From Eledone cirrhosa (taxonomy: Eukaryota), in assembly GCA_964016885.1 (NCBI GenBank), contig OZ024740.1, positions 226,114,001-226,178,000 on the forward strand: a stretch of DNA of 64,000 nucleotides, in the 5' to 3' direction. A model generated the notes under the pieces. The model made no database searches. It was not told the DNA's origin and was given only the letters and a program-made list of their open reading frames with translations. Numbering within the stretch: the stretch's first letter is position 1; every line of letters starts with the position of its first letter. Both the position numbers and the translations under genes were made by a program. Below are positions 50,607 to 64,000 of this stretch, one piece after another.

Positions 50607-52830
50607 GAAAAAGCACCAGCCCACACTGTGGTCGTTTACGTGTCACAACAAAAAGCACCCAGTGCACACTGTAAAGTGGTTGTGAAGGTGTCACAACAAA
50701 AAGCACCCAGTGCACACTGTAAAGCGGTTGTGAAGGTTTCACAACAAAATGCACCCAGTACACACTGTAAAGTGGTTGTGAAGGTGTCACAACAAAAAGC
50801 ACCCAGTGCACACTGTAAAGCGGTTGTGAAGGTGTCACAACAAAAATCACCCAGTACACACTGTAAAGTGGTTGTGAAGGTGTCACAACAAAAAGCACCC
50901 AGTACACACTGGAAAGTGGTTGTGAAGGTGTCACAACAAAAAACATCCAGTACACACTGTAAAGTGGTTGTGAAAGTGTCACAACAAAAAGCACCCAGTA
51001 CACACTGTAAAGTGGTTGTGTAGGTGTCACAACAAAAAGCACCCAGTACACACTGTAAAGTGGTTGTGAAGGTTTCACAACAAAAATCATCCAGTACACA
51101 CTGTAAAGTGGTTGTGAAGGTGTCACAACAAAAAGCACCTAGTACACACTGTAAAGTGGTTGGGTAGGTGTCACAACAAAAAGCACCCAGTACACACTGT
51201 AAAGTGGTTATGAAGGTGTCACAACATAAAGCACCCAGTACACACTATAAAGTGGTTGTGAAGGTGTCACAACAAAAAGCTCCCAGTACACACTGTAAAG
51301 TGGTTGTGTAGGTGTCACAACAAAAAGCACCCAATACACACTGTAAAGTGGTTGTGAAGGTGTCACAACAAAAAGCACCTAGTACACACTGTAAAGTGGT
51401 TGGGTAGGTGTCACAACAAAAAGCACCCAGTACACACTGTAAAGTGGTTGTGTAGGTGTCACAACAAAAAGCACCCAATACACACTGTAAAGTGGTTGTG
51501 AAGGTGTCACAACAAAAAGCTCCCAGTACACACTGTAAAGTGGTTGTGTAGGTGTCACAACAAAAAGCACCCAATACACACTGTAAAGTGGTTGTGAAGG
51601 TTTCACAACAAAAAGCATCCAGTACACACTGTAAAGTGGTTGTGAATGTGTCACAACAAAAAGCGCCCAGTACACACTGGAAAGTAGTTGTGAAGGTGTC
51701 ACAACAAAAAGCACCCAGTACACACTGTAAAGTGGTTGGGAAGGTGTCACAACAAAAAACATCCAGTACACACTGTAAAGTGGTTGTGAAGGTGTCACAA
51801 CAAAAAGCACCCAGTACACACTGTAAAGTGGTTGTGAAGGTTTCACAACAAAAAGCATCCAGTACACACTGTAAAGTGGTTGTGAAGGTTTCACAACAAA
51901 AAGCACCCAGTACACACTGTAAAGTGGTTGTGAAGGTTTCACAACAAAAAGCATCCAGTACACACTGTAAAGTGGTTGTGTAGGTGTCACAACAAAAAGC
52001 ACGCTGTAGACACTGTAAAGTGGTTGTGAAGGTGTCACAACAAAAAGCACTCAGTACACACTGTAAAGTGGTTGTGTAGGTGTCACAACAAAAAGCACGC
52101 TGTAGACACTGTAAAGTGGTTGTGAAGGTGTCACAACAAAAAGCACTCAGTACACACTATAAAGTGGTTGTGAAGGTGTCACAACAAAAAGCACCCAGTA
52201 CACACTGTAAAGTGGTTGTGAAGGTTTCACAACAAAAAGCACCCAGTACACACTGTAAAGTGGTTGTGAAGGTTTCACAACAAAAAGCATCCAGTACACA
52301 CTGTAAAGTGGTTGTGTAGGTGTCACAACAAAAAGCACGCTGTAGACACTGTAAAGTGGTTGTGAAGGTGTCACAACAAAAAGCACCCAGTACACACTGT
52401 AAAGTGGTTGTGAAAGTTTCACAACAAAAAGCACCCAGTACACACTGTAAAGTGGTTGTGAAGGTGTCACAACAAAAAGCACCCAGTACACACTATAAAG
52501 TGGTTGTGAAGGTGTCACAACAAAAAGCACCCAGTACACACTATAAAATGGTTGTGAAGGTGTCACAACAAAAAGCACCTAGTACACACTGTAAAGTGGT
52601 TGTGAAGGTGTCACAACAAAAAGCACCCAGTACACACTGTAAAGTGGTTGTGAAGGTGTCACAACAAAAAGCACCCAGTACACACTATAAAGTGGTTGTG
52701 AAGGTGTCACAACAAAAAGCACCCAGAACACACTGTAAATTGTTCATGTTGGTGTCACGACAAAAAGCACGCTGTAGACACTGTAAAGTGGTTGTGTAGG
52801 TGTCACAACAAAAAGCACCTAGTACACACA
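50607..52830. repeat. 48-bp minisatellite, about 46 copies, inside an RTE-3'UTR-type element
   Basis: Unit gtgtcacaacaaaaagcacccagtacacactgtaaagtggttgtgaag; the array runs straight into 'ttaggaagggcatcc..aaaccaagcc' 3'UTR sequence. Confidence 0.97.
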
Positions 52831-55800
52831 ATAAATGTGTTTGACATTAGGAAGGGCATCCAACCATAAAAACCAAGCCAAAATTAGTTGTGTGTGAGCA
52901 AGACATGGTCACTGATCTGGCTTGTCTCACAGCAGAACAACTTGTCTAATCTATACTTTTGTGGGAAAATAAACATTAAATGGTGATGATATTGTGGCAA
53001 TGATATGATGATGTCTCTAGTGATGGGCAAGGGTTTGAGATGTGCATGTCCTGGTTTTTGAGAATTAGTACACCATAACATTGTATGCTGTAAGAGTTGA
53101 CTACAAAGGGCATTCCACTGTAAAACTCTGTTCATAATGAATTCTTTTGGTATCAACCATTTTGAATTTGCTTCTATTCTATGATATATGCTGTATATAC
53201 TACTATATAAATTGAGAAATATGTGACAGAAGAATCAATGGTAAAATGACGGATCAGCATATAATCAAGATCAATATTTTGCCGATTTTCACCAACTTCA
53301 AAATTCTCAATATTAAACCGGTTTGACTGTGGAGGTGAATATTACACTGGTTTCACTTTCGACATAGAATTCATATTACTTATTGTTTTTGATATGTTAA
53401 AGCATTGAGCTCAATAATCATGAGGTTGTAAGTTCAAATTCCGGACCGGACAGTGCATTGTGTTCTTGAGCAAAACATTTTATTTCTCATTGATCCAGTT
53501 CACTCATTTGTATAAATGAATTGCAACATCAATGGTGCCAAGCTGTATTGGACTTTGCCTTTCCTTTGGACAACATGTCATGGAGAGGAGAGACTGTCAT
53601 GCATATGTGACTGATGGTCTTCCACAAACACACCTTGCCCAGGAAAACCTTCTATGTTCAAAATCATGGGCATTTGTAACTGAGGAAAGTGGGGGGGAGG
53701 GGCGCTATGACGACTATGATAGTAAATCTACAATGATGTATTTAGTGTTTTGATGATTTGTAATGATTTGCAAAAACCACCATGGTACATTTCTAGTTCT
53801 AATATTTTTAAAAACTCACAATATCTATATCATAATGCAATTGGTTTCATTCCACGATGATATCTCAACAATAAAGAATGAAATCATAAAACTATCAATA
53901 AATAAAATCAAAATTTATTTCTTATTTATTCAAATACCTTCTCCTTCTCATTTGTCACATTATAAAACAAAAGAAAAATAGAAGAGACAGAATTTTATAA
54001 CCTGCAACATAAGAACAGAGAGGTAGACAGGAATGGAAGCTTTCTGATAAGGAAAGCTGAGAAGGGGAAATGAATCAGAAGATTTTAGAAAAAGATATCA
54101 ACAACAGCAGCAACAACAACAATAGCAACAACAATAACATCAGCAGCAACAACAACTTCAATAACAATGAAAACAACCATGTCTAAAGCTACAAATAAGA
54201 CTAGGAATGATGAGACAAGAAGTTTGTTTCCAACCAGTTTCTGGGGACATTTGTTATTCTGAAAGTTGATGTGTGTAGTTTTTCTACTCCTGAGGGAAGT
54301 TTGACTCTTCTGTAAGGAAAGAAGTAAGCAGACCAGGTGAAATCGGAAGAAGTGATTAAAATAGAAGCTTGCAACAGCACAGGGAGAGAAATGATGAAAT
54401 CAGTGGATCGTATGAGGATGGCATGTATTGTGAGGAGAATGAAAGAGAAAGATTGAAAGAGAGAGAAAGAGAGATAGATAAATAGAGTGAAAGAGATGGA
54501 AAGATAAAGAAGCAGTGAGTAGAAAAGTAAAGAAAAGACAGAGTTAACTTGTCAGACGAGAGGTTAAAGATAACATTGAAGAAAAATATTTTGAATTCAT
54601 CCCAAATCTATTCTGTTGGCATGAATGATTAATAAACTTGTCCATTACTTGGCCAAATCTCTTACTATCTTTTTAACAAGTCCTCTATATCTTTGCTCCA
54701 CTCAGTTGATTTCAGCTGCTGACATTGTATACCATAATACCCAAATCTATTTAACTCTTTTCCTGTTTTTATTCTGTTGTTGATATTGTTCTATTACTCT
54801 TTTGTTTTGGTTTTATTTATTTTATCGTTTTTTTTTTGTTGTTGTTGCTTTTGTTTTGTCCTTGCATTGAGAGAAATCTTTGTTCATCAGATGCAAATAT
54901 CCAATGCTGCGATAAGGAGTGAGGAGTGACCTGCATTCATTTCAGCTATCGTGCAGATATGGTAGAACATTCTACCAACAGTTATCAGTATTTATTCAAA
55001 TCAATCACAGCTAACTAAAGTTAACATTTTATCTGAGAGTTGTGCACAAAACACACACACACAGGCGCATACCCCCCCCCACACACACACACACATACAC
55101 ACAGAGGCACATACCCCCCTCACAAACACACACACAGAGGCACATACACACATTTATATATGTAACTTTCAGTTTCTTTTCCGTTTTTATAAGTTCATTC
55201 AAATATGTGCATGCATTTGCATGAACTTATAAATACACTTGTGTACATGCATGCATATGTGTATGTAGGAGAGTCAACCCATGAATGTGTATGAGTTTTT
55301 AATGATTAGAATTATATAACAGCATATATGCATGTGAACATGCACATAAATATGTGCATGTGAGTATATACACAGCCATATATATGCATATATACACATA
55401 CATATGTCCTTCTTTATCAAAACCTGCACACACACACACGCACACAAATGTATATATATGTTTGTGTGTGTGTGTGCATGTGCTTAGCTTATACATATAC
55501 ATACATACATACAATTATCCACCATGTAGGCACAGATATTCTTGCTCTCTTTCCTTCCCTCTATGTTTCTTTCTGCCTCTCTCTCTCTCTCTCACTCTTT
55601 CACACATTCTCACACACACAGAAACTGTAAAAACATACACGTATGGTGGACCAGTATAAATACTGATATATATCTAGTAGACAGGCTGGAAGTAGTTTAG
55701 AATCATAGAAAGTTAAATAAATTCTATATGCATACGGTTTACGAGCACGAGAAAAAATACAATATATAAGTAGAAAACACTGTAACAAGAAGAGAGAAAA

Positions 55801-56148
55801 AATACCGATCGAAAAATCATGATTAAAGAGGAAAAATTGCTAAAGGAAAAACAAAAATAGAAGAGGATTTCAATATTGTAGGGTCACATTATGTCATGGT
55901 TTTAGATAAGACTATTGAAGAAATGACCAAAGTTTGCACTAAGGCAAATATATATCGGATCAAATCATGATGAAGCTTCTGTAGAATTGAGAGGAGAAGG
56001 AGATGAAGAAGGTTTTGATAATTGGCAATAGCTCGTGCTGTTAAGGAATATGAATGAGAGCATTACGTATGTTGGGAATTACTCTCTGAAAGTTAAAAGT
56101 GTTGCTAAGTATACAGTGATGGACATATCTCCTACACAAGAGAGGTAG

Positions 56149-56213
<65 letters not shown>

Positions 56214-57804
56214 CGTGTGTGTGTGTGTGTAGATAGAGAGAGAGAAGAGGTTTAAACCTGTATAAAATGTAAATTGTATGATATAGGCATACACAGAAGT
56301 ATATTGATATATTGCAGGGTGCTTGAAACAAAAGATTTTTTTATAGTGTTTGTTTTGTTATTAGATATTGTTGTTGTTTAGCCCCAGGCCACCTCTAATC
56401 TGATCCATTCGGCAGATTTATGATCAAAAAATAAAGCGTAGCTGTTTTTGGATGTGTGTGCTGTGTTTTGTTCTCTAGCTGTTGGATATTCCTGTTGCAG
56501 ATTTGTTGATTTTGTTTTCTAGTTATAGGATATTGCTGTTGTAGTTGTTGTCGTTAATATTTCTAACCACCATGACCAGCCTACCCTTCGACTAGCTGTA
56601 CCCCGAACTATTCAAAAGACTCGTGTTCAACAAGTTCTTGCGGTTATCATCCCCTTTTCTTTTGTTTTTTTCAGATATTTATGCCTAGACTAGACTGTGA
56701 ATAATCTGAGTGGTTAAGCAATTGGATAAAATGTTTTGCAATATTCATTCCAACTCTTTCACTCTGAGTTCAAATCCTGCTGAGGCATACTTTGCCTTTC
56801 ATCCTTTCTAACACAATAAATTGACCTCCAGTACTGTGGTCAATTCTTACTTTCTCTTGATTTCTCACCCTCTCTCACCCACTCCCTCCATAAGAAATTG
56901 GCTGTAGTCAAATCTTGAGAGGGATGGGAGCCGCCAGGTTTAAACTGCCTAAGACATACTGTATATAGCAACGGCCTCCTTAGGAGATATAGGGTCAATA
57001 ATAATCAGTGAAACATTTCTAGGAGGTCCCTTCAGTCATGGCTGACCATGGGTTTGCATCTAGAAAATTCCTCCCAGCAACACATGCCCAAGTGAGGTGT
57101 CTTCATGATCTCATATGCATGCCATTCTCTTATCTCACTGATGTTGTCTACGGTTGATACAGCTTGGTACCAGTGACATCACAACTAATTTTTACCAGCA
57201 TAGTTGACTGAAGCATATGAATTAAAGTGTATTGTTCAAGGACTCAGGGAATTTCTCAATCTGGGAAATGGACACACATCCTTATGATTGTGAACCCAAC
57301 ACTCTAAATATTAAGGCATGTCCATATACCTACAATTGCATTATGCAATGTAACCTTATTTTTTAAATGGTAGGATGGATTTGAGAGACATTTTAGCTTA
57401 ACATGTTTTTGGTTAAACATATATTGAGAGACTTGCTTTAATTGACAAATATCTGATTTTCGATGGCAATACTTGTTTATCTCCAGGCTGGCATTGATGA
57501 AGCCAAACTATGATCAAACACATTCCAGCCATGACTATCTTGTTTGACTTATCTTATCTAATGTAATTGATTTTTGTTATTTAAGATGGTAAGGTGTGAT
57601 TTGAAAGAGATTTAGTTGGCTACTATTTCTGGCAATTCAAATGATACTGTAGAAGGCCTCATGTTAGCATCATATTATGATATTTTATATAAGGAGGTGC
57701 AGTAGATAAGGACATAATTTATTGGGCTCTTAACTAAAGGGTTACAAATTCAATCTCAGCTACATAAAAATCACATAGAAGATCTCTTGTTGGCTCATTA
57801 ATCA

Positions 57805-58140
57805 TCATTTTATTCATCATCATGCTCATTGTATTTGTTATCATCATGTTTGTGTGGATTAGATGAGCCCTTGGTCAAATTCAACATCCTAAGATCTGCT
57901 TTCATCACTTCTACACAGGTTTGACACTTCTTCATCCAATGATCATCATCCATATCCATTACATATCTGTACCAGTACAATCTCCTCTGTTGTGCAATAC
58001 ATCTGATTATATCTAGTTTTTCTTTCATCTCAGCTATGCCTCATCATCCATGCACATTCACATTATACAATCAACAGAGCATTTCTTTCAAGCCTTCACA
58101 TATCTTCCACACAAAAGGCCCACATTCTGCACCATTTACA
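57805..58140 (-). mobile_element. Degenerate RTE 3' fragment
   Basis: 'IRCIAQQRRLYWYRYVMDMDDDHWMKKC'. Confidence 0.75.
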
Positions 58141-58409
58141 TATATCATGCAGGTATTGAATAGTGATATTTTGTAAGTGAGATGGATAAATAATTAATCT
58201 GTCTGAATTTAAAAGTAAATGTTTATAAATTCAATCTCAGCTATCCAGAAATATTTTTGAAAATATACATCCTTCTCCAAGAAATCTAATGAAAAATGTC
58301 AATCCTTCTTCATTTAACTTTTAATGTCCTGTGACATATGATGCTGCCTTAACAAGATATTCTTGAAAAATACAAACAACAAACTTAAAGCCTTGATTTT
58401 CGTTTATAG

Positions 58410-58684
58410 CAAATTTTCACAAACCAGTAAAGTTACTATAAACATTTGAATTAACAAACTCTTTTTAGGGATTTTCTGCTAAATCCTTAGAGGATATTTA
58501 AGAGTTATTGATTGTTTAGAATTTAGGAAGAAAAAGATGCAAACAAACAAATTTTCACATAAACTGCCCGCCAGTAAAGTTACTATAAACATTTGAATTA
58601 ACAAACTCAGGTACTTTTTAGGTATTTTTTGCTAAATTCTTCAGGGATATTTAAGAGTTAATAGTTGTTTAGAATTTAGTAAGA
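58410..58684. repeat. Local direct duplication (two copies of about 125-135 bp)
   Basis: 'ccagtaaagttactataaacatttgaattaacaaactc..ggatatttaagagtta' at about 58424 and 58571. Confidence 0.9.
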
Positions 58685-59439
58685 TGATGGAAACTAATAA
58701 TGGTCTGAATATGCATGATACAGTTAACAGTTAATAAGTTTGTGTGCTGAGAGGTGAATTCTGCATTTCTTTGATGGTGGATCCAACCAAAACCGTCATC
58801 ATTCACTTCCTCTCCCAGCACACAAACTTATATACTATTTCACTACTTTTTGGAAAATGATCCATTCTACTTTAAAAACATTTTTCATGCAATTTATACC
58901 AATAAAAGACATTTTCAGAATCTTAGAAAGTGGATGTAAATAAGAAATTGCATTAATGTATGGCTTAACTTGTGATCAATAAATTAAACAGAAGTCTTTC
59001 AGCAAGTTTAGCTTTAAGATATCACTCTATAAAAGAAGGTTAAAATAAGAACATTAACCTTTTACTTTTAAAATCTTTCAAAATAAATTAAAAAAAATAA
59101 TAAATAAAATTCAGGTGTTATGGAAATGTTCAATCATTAGCCTTTTCTTTTTAGTATCAGTCATACTGTGTGTGTGTGTGTTCCAAATTTGTGATTGAGA
59201 TAAATAAATTTGGTCTTATATTGTTGTTTCTGTGAATACACCAGACCATAACTATCATCATGTGAAAGAGGACCTCTCACTGTAATGGGTAACACATATT
59301 TCTCAATATAAGAAGATTGATTATTGGTTTATCAATTTTTTGGTGGAAAGTATAAAGTTATATGAAAATTATTTCATTTCTTATATAAAGAAAAAAATAG
59401 CCATCATATGCTTTCCCTGCAATCACACACAACAAATGA

Positions 59440-60165
59440 ATGAGCCCACACTATAAAGTGGTTCTGTAGGTGTCATGACAAAATGCACCCAACCCACACT
59501 GTAAATAGTTGTGTAGGCATCACAATAAAAAGCACCCAGTTCAAAATGGTTGTGGAGGTGCCTCAACAAAAAGCACCCAACTCACACCGTAAAGTGGTTG
59601 TGTAGGTGTCATGACAAAAAGCACCCAGCCCACACTGTAAAATGGTCATGTAAGTGCCATAGCATAAAGCACCCAACCCACACTGTAAAGTGGTCATGTA
59701 TGTCATGACAAAAAGCACCCGGCCCACACTGTAAAGTGTTTGTGTAGGTGTCACAACAAAAAACGCCCAGTCCACACTGTAAAGTGGTCATGTAGGAGAA
59801 ACGACAAAAAGCACCCAGTCCACACTGTAAAGTGGTCATGAAGGTATCATAATAAAAAAACATCCAGTCCACACTGTAAAGTGTTTGTGTAGGTGTCACA
59901 ACAAAAAATGCCCAGTCCACACTATAAAGTAGTCATGTAGGTGTCATGACAAAAGGCACCCTGTTCACACTGTAAACATGGTCATGAAGGTGTAAAATAA
60001 AAAGTGCCCAGTTCACATTGTAAAATGGTTGGCATTATGAAGGGCATCCAGCCATAGAAACCAAGCCAAAAATAGTAGTCATGTTCACCAGACCTGACTT
60101 GCCTCAAATGAGACAACCCATCTAATCCGTGCTACTATGGGAAATAGATGTTAAACGATGATGCT
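59440..60165 (+). repeat. Diverged 48-bp array (about 12 copies) followed by the RTE 3'UTR tail
   Basis: Same unit as 50607-52830; ends 'gaagggcatccagcc...gttaaacgatgatg'. Confidence 0.93.
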
Positions 60166-61837
60166 GACAGTGCGTGAAAGAAGACAGTTAGAAAGTTATG
60201 TGTACAAAATGATTTAAAGCAAAATATGAATTTCAAGTATGTTTTTCAATTTTTTCCTCTATCAGTGCTTATTTAGAGGATTGCAACCTTTCCACTACCA
60301 ATGGCCACATTTATTTAAATGAATTTTTCTACAGATGCTCCAATACAATTACTCTCATTCAAGAGAAATGTTTATATTCATATTCAAGAGAAATGTTTAT
60401 GAAACAAGAGAAATGTTTATATTTAATGAAAAATTGATATTTAACAGTGTGTGCATATTATGCTTTTTACAAATTACTTAGAACTCTAAACTTATTTCAC
60501 AACTGCCAATACGACCTTTGTGAAGCCCTGTTAGTCTTCAAACACTAGTTTGAGAACTGCTGGTTTATAGCTTTTATCTTATTATCAGCAATCATACCAT
60601 CAATGTATCTTATCGTTAATGTTCATGACTAATGCATTTTACTCATGAATATTGCAGAACATCAATATGTAAATCGGTGTCATATAGTGGTACAAGTCAC
60701 AACACAAAACAGGAAAAAATAAAAAATGTATAATTGATTAGCATTTTATTATCTTGCCATGTCATATAAAAACATTCAACTGAAGGTTGGTTGCTTAGAG
60801 AGGGATGGGCGTTGTCAGATTCATTTGATCTTCAGTTAAACTATATTGTACTTTAAGGAGCACCTTATGACATGACTAGCTATAAGAGCCTCTCAGACAC
60901 ACATTATAAGTTCAGAAAAGGTCAATGAGCTTCTGACATTTAATTCATTCTTTAAAACACCACAAAGATAGCCTTGTAACCAGCTTCATTACCGAAAATA
61001 ATAGATAAGTGATATTGAAGAGCAATAAAAGAAAATATGCTGCCATTATTTAGCTCACTGAAGAACAGACCACACCCACTGTTTACTTTAGTTTCATTGA
61101 CTGACAACAAGTTTACTATTAAACTATGGTTGAAAGGTTAGCAATAGCAAGTGCATCTAGCTATAAGAACACTTGATATAACAACGTTCATTACTGCTCA
61201 TGTATGGAAGGAAAAGATGCATAGAAAAATAAAGTCAAATAAAAAGAAAGAAGCCTGTAGCTTACGTAATGGATTAGTATTTATCAAATATACTTACATC
61301 CAACTCACACTGGTAGATGCATCACACCCATTTTACACACAACATTTAGAATGCATCCTGTATCTTGAATTGAGATTTTGAAGGTTCATTTTTCACATAT
61401 TTTTGTGAGTAAAGGTGTGAACCTCATGACCATATCTATGTGGGCAATTTCCACCTCTCTAATTTTAATAAGTCATGAAATGAAACAAAAATTGCTTTAG
61501 AGAATTTATTTATCCATTTTTTTTTCTATTAAACTTAATTAAAGAAACCCTACATTGCAGTACCCCAAAATTATTTTTGCAGATGTTGCTTTCGAAAACC
61601 TTGCTGTCAAGAAAGGTTGACAGTCTTGCATGTGCTGATTATAATGCTGTTGTTGATGATTATAAAACTAGTAACAATAGTAGTAGTGAGTGTTGTGGTT
61701 TAACCTGCTGAACCCTGACACCCTTTCACACCATGTGTGCAGTCCCCATCTCTAGATGTCTGCACAAAACTCCCTGAAAAAAGGATATTTTTCAATTAAA
61801 CCTGAAAAAAAAACCCAATAAATGTGTCATGATATAG

Positions 61838-62005
61838 GTGCAGGCATGTTTGTGTTGTTAATGAGTTCACCTTTCAACCTCATGGTCCTAGGTTCAGTTC
61901 CACTGTGTGGCACCTTGAGTAAATGTTTTTATTATGTCCTGGATTTGAAAAATTATTTGTGAGTGGGATTATTTGGTAGATGGAAATTGCAGAAGTCATT
62001 GATAT
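61838..62005 (+). mobile_element. tRNA-derived SINE family C. Other degenerate copies about 11135-11300(+), 21415-21500(-), 32500-32650(-), 45970-46130(+)
   Basis: 'gcaggcatg..ggttcagttccactgtgtggcaccttgag...tttggtagatggaaa.tg' ending at (TA)n. Confidence 0.7.
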
Positions 62006-64000
62006 ATATATATATATATTTTAAAAAAGGAAACGAATGACTTCACTTGTAGCTCTAAACAATTTATTTTAATTTACAATGTAAAATTATAATATTATAA
62101 AATTAAATTAAATTGTTTAGAACTACAAGAGAAGTCATTCTTTTCCTTTTTTTAACTGTACCAAGGATTTCACACATTTTCCAATATATATATATATACA
62201 TATATATATATCACGATAAATTAACGGAGCTATAGACTCTCGCTATTCCCTGTCAATATTGGGCTCAAAGGAGAAGAAATCCTGGGCTCTTTAAAATACA
62301 ATATGTTGAAAAGGTAACACACCAGAGAGAGATACAGTGTGCTATCAATAAAACAGGGAAAAACCACCAGTGCATGGAATCTATAACCTATGAAAGGCAG
62401 AGTTGACACACGATAAATAAAAATATTAATTAAAGTGTAAATACATACCTCTATAACTATACAACACACGTACAAATCCAAAGAGATCTGTTTCGCCAGT
62501 AAGTTGTTGACAGATATATATCTATATATAAATATATATATATACACATATATTATTAAAAGCAGAGGATCAACAGAGAGCTTGGCAGTTTCAGCTGAAG
62601 AGGTAACTAGCTGAAACTGCTGAGCTTGTAATTGATCCTCTATTTTTAGTTATATACACACTCTGCACCATACTATGTATTGAGTACTTATTTGATTTGT
62701 GGTCTTCCCTGTCCCATTCCCACAAACTATCCTTATACATATAATGGATTGGCAGTATCAGTAGAGGGTCAGGTGCCATGCTTTGCAGCATAGAATTACG
62801 GCCCTTTATGGTCTGTGTTCAAATCCTGTCGAGGTTGTCTTTGCCTTTCATCCTTACGTGGTCGATAAAATAAAGTACCAGTATTGTACTGAGATAATTG
62901 CTGGCCTTGTGCCAAAAATAGAAACAATTATACATATATGAATATTTTTTGTGTGTATGTATAAGTCACAGCAACGCCTTACCAAAGAACTCAAGCTAAA
63001 GCAACAATATTAAACAATTATTGTTTCGTGTAGAAAGTGTCAGAATATAATACTAGGTTAGCTGGATATAGTCTAACGTCATTCAGGCCAGAATTCTTGG
63101 CCTGTGGGTTCAGACTGATAACAATTCTGTTGGTTGAAATGACAGTAATAGTTGTAATGCTTTTGTTTAACCCTAAGTCAAAGTTTTGTGAATAAATGTA
63201 TGATGAAAGTGCTCATTTCATGATAATCCTGATCAGAATTCCTTAGATTGTTGGATCTGACTTGAGGGAGATGTGGCTGTTATTTCTAGCAGTGCAGGTA
63301 TGTGATTTAAAAATCATATTGATCGTGGTTGGTGAGAGTAGCGATAATGATGATAATGATCACTGCTGTTTACCTTATCCTATAAAATCAATAATGTTCT
63401 ATATTTTAAACAATTTAGGCCATTCCTTTAGATCCTTACAATCAACAAATGCTGGATTGAAAAACCTTAATGATGGCGAGAAGAAATTAACCATTTGCTA
63501 AAACAACACAAACTCCTACACTCACACACACACACATAGAGGGATATACACACACATGCACTCTTACAAAAACACATGTATACTCTCATTCATACAAAGG
63601 CACACACAAATTGTCTCACACAGAGATGGACATTCAAACATGTACAAATACAATACATAGGGAGATTGTTAGTGTGTGCAGTGTGTGCCAAATTAAATAA
63701 CTGATAATGATTATGATGATGATGATGGTGGGGAGGAGTAAAAGTAGGAGGCAGAGGAGGAAGCTATTCATATTGATACGACTAATACATTGGAACCACT
63801 AATGATATCAATCAACCATTAGTTGCATACCATTAATTGTAGTAAGTTATTTTGGCATGGATGAATTTCTCTAGAATTAGAAAACACATGAAGATAATTA
63901 AGGAAAAATAAAAATAAAATACAAATGAAATAATATAATATAGAATAAAATAAAAATATAAGGAGTTAGGGCTGCAACAAGAAATTTCATTAACAATCAT

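Noticed and set aside
50607-52830. CRISPR array or repetitive protein gene (16-aa repeat ORFs on both strands)
   Set aside because: Units are head-to-tail with no unique spacers, there are no cas genes, and the context is eukaryotic. The ORFs follow from the 48-bp period and are broken by sporadic stops.
54095-54180. PolyQ/polyN coding exon
   Set aside because: (CAA/CAG)n tract with nearby stops and no splice signals.

Overview
AT-rich, repeat-dominated eukaryotic DNA. The SINE/LINE families and long (TA)n/(TG)n/(CAT)n microsatellites suggest a cephalopod (Octopus-like) genome (inference). It is probably mostly intron: I can support only one convincing host exon (39052-39183, +), and nearly all ORF-track entries are microsatellite artefacts or retroelement fragments. 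Main contents: (1) a 5'-complete L1/Tx1-type LINE (15605-19353, -) that keeps ORF1, the AP endonuclease and the C-terminal zinc region but lacks the RT domain, and sits in (GATA)n; (2) many 5'-truncated RTE-clade LINEs whose ORF carries a PHD finger inserted just after the RT core; (3) a 48-bp minisatellite (about 46 and about 12 copies) grown from a sub-repeat of the RTE 3'UTR; (4) several tRNA-type SINE families and DNA-transposon relics; (5) a set of fold-back (inverted-repeat) cassettes in or next to (TA)n tracts, four of which contain minimal type I hammerhead ribozyme motifs typical of Penelope-like element pLTRs; (6) a non-coding RTE-like element with a degenerate HDV-like ribozyme fold at its 5' end. 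All folds and alignments were done by eye; boundaries of degenerate repeats are approximate.
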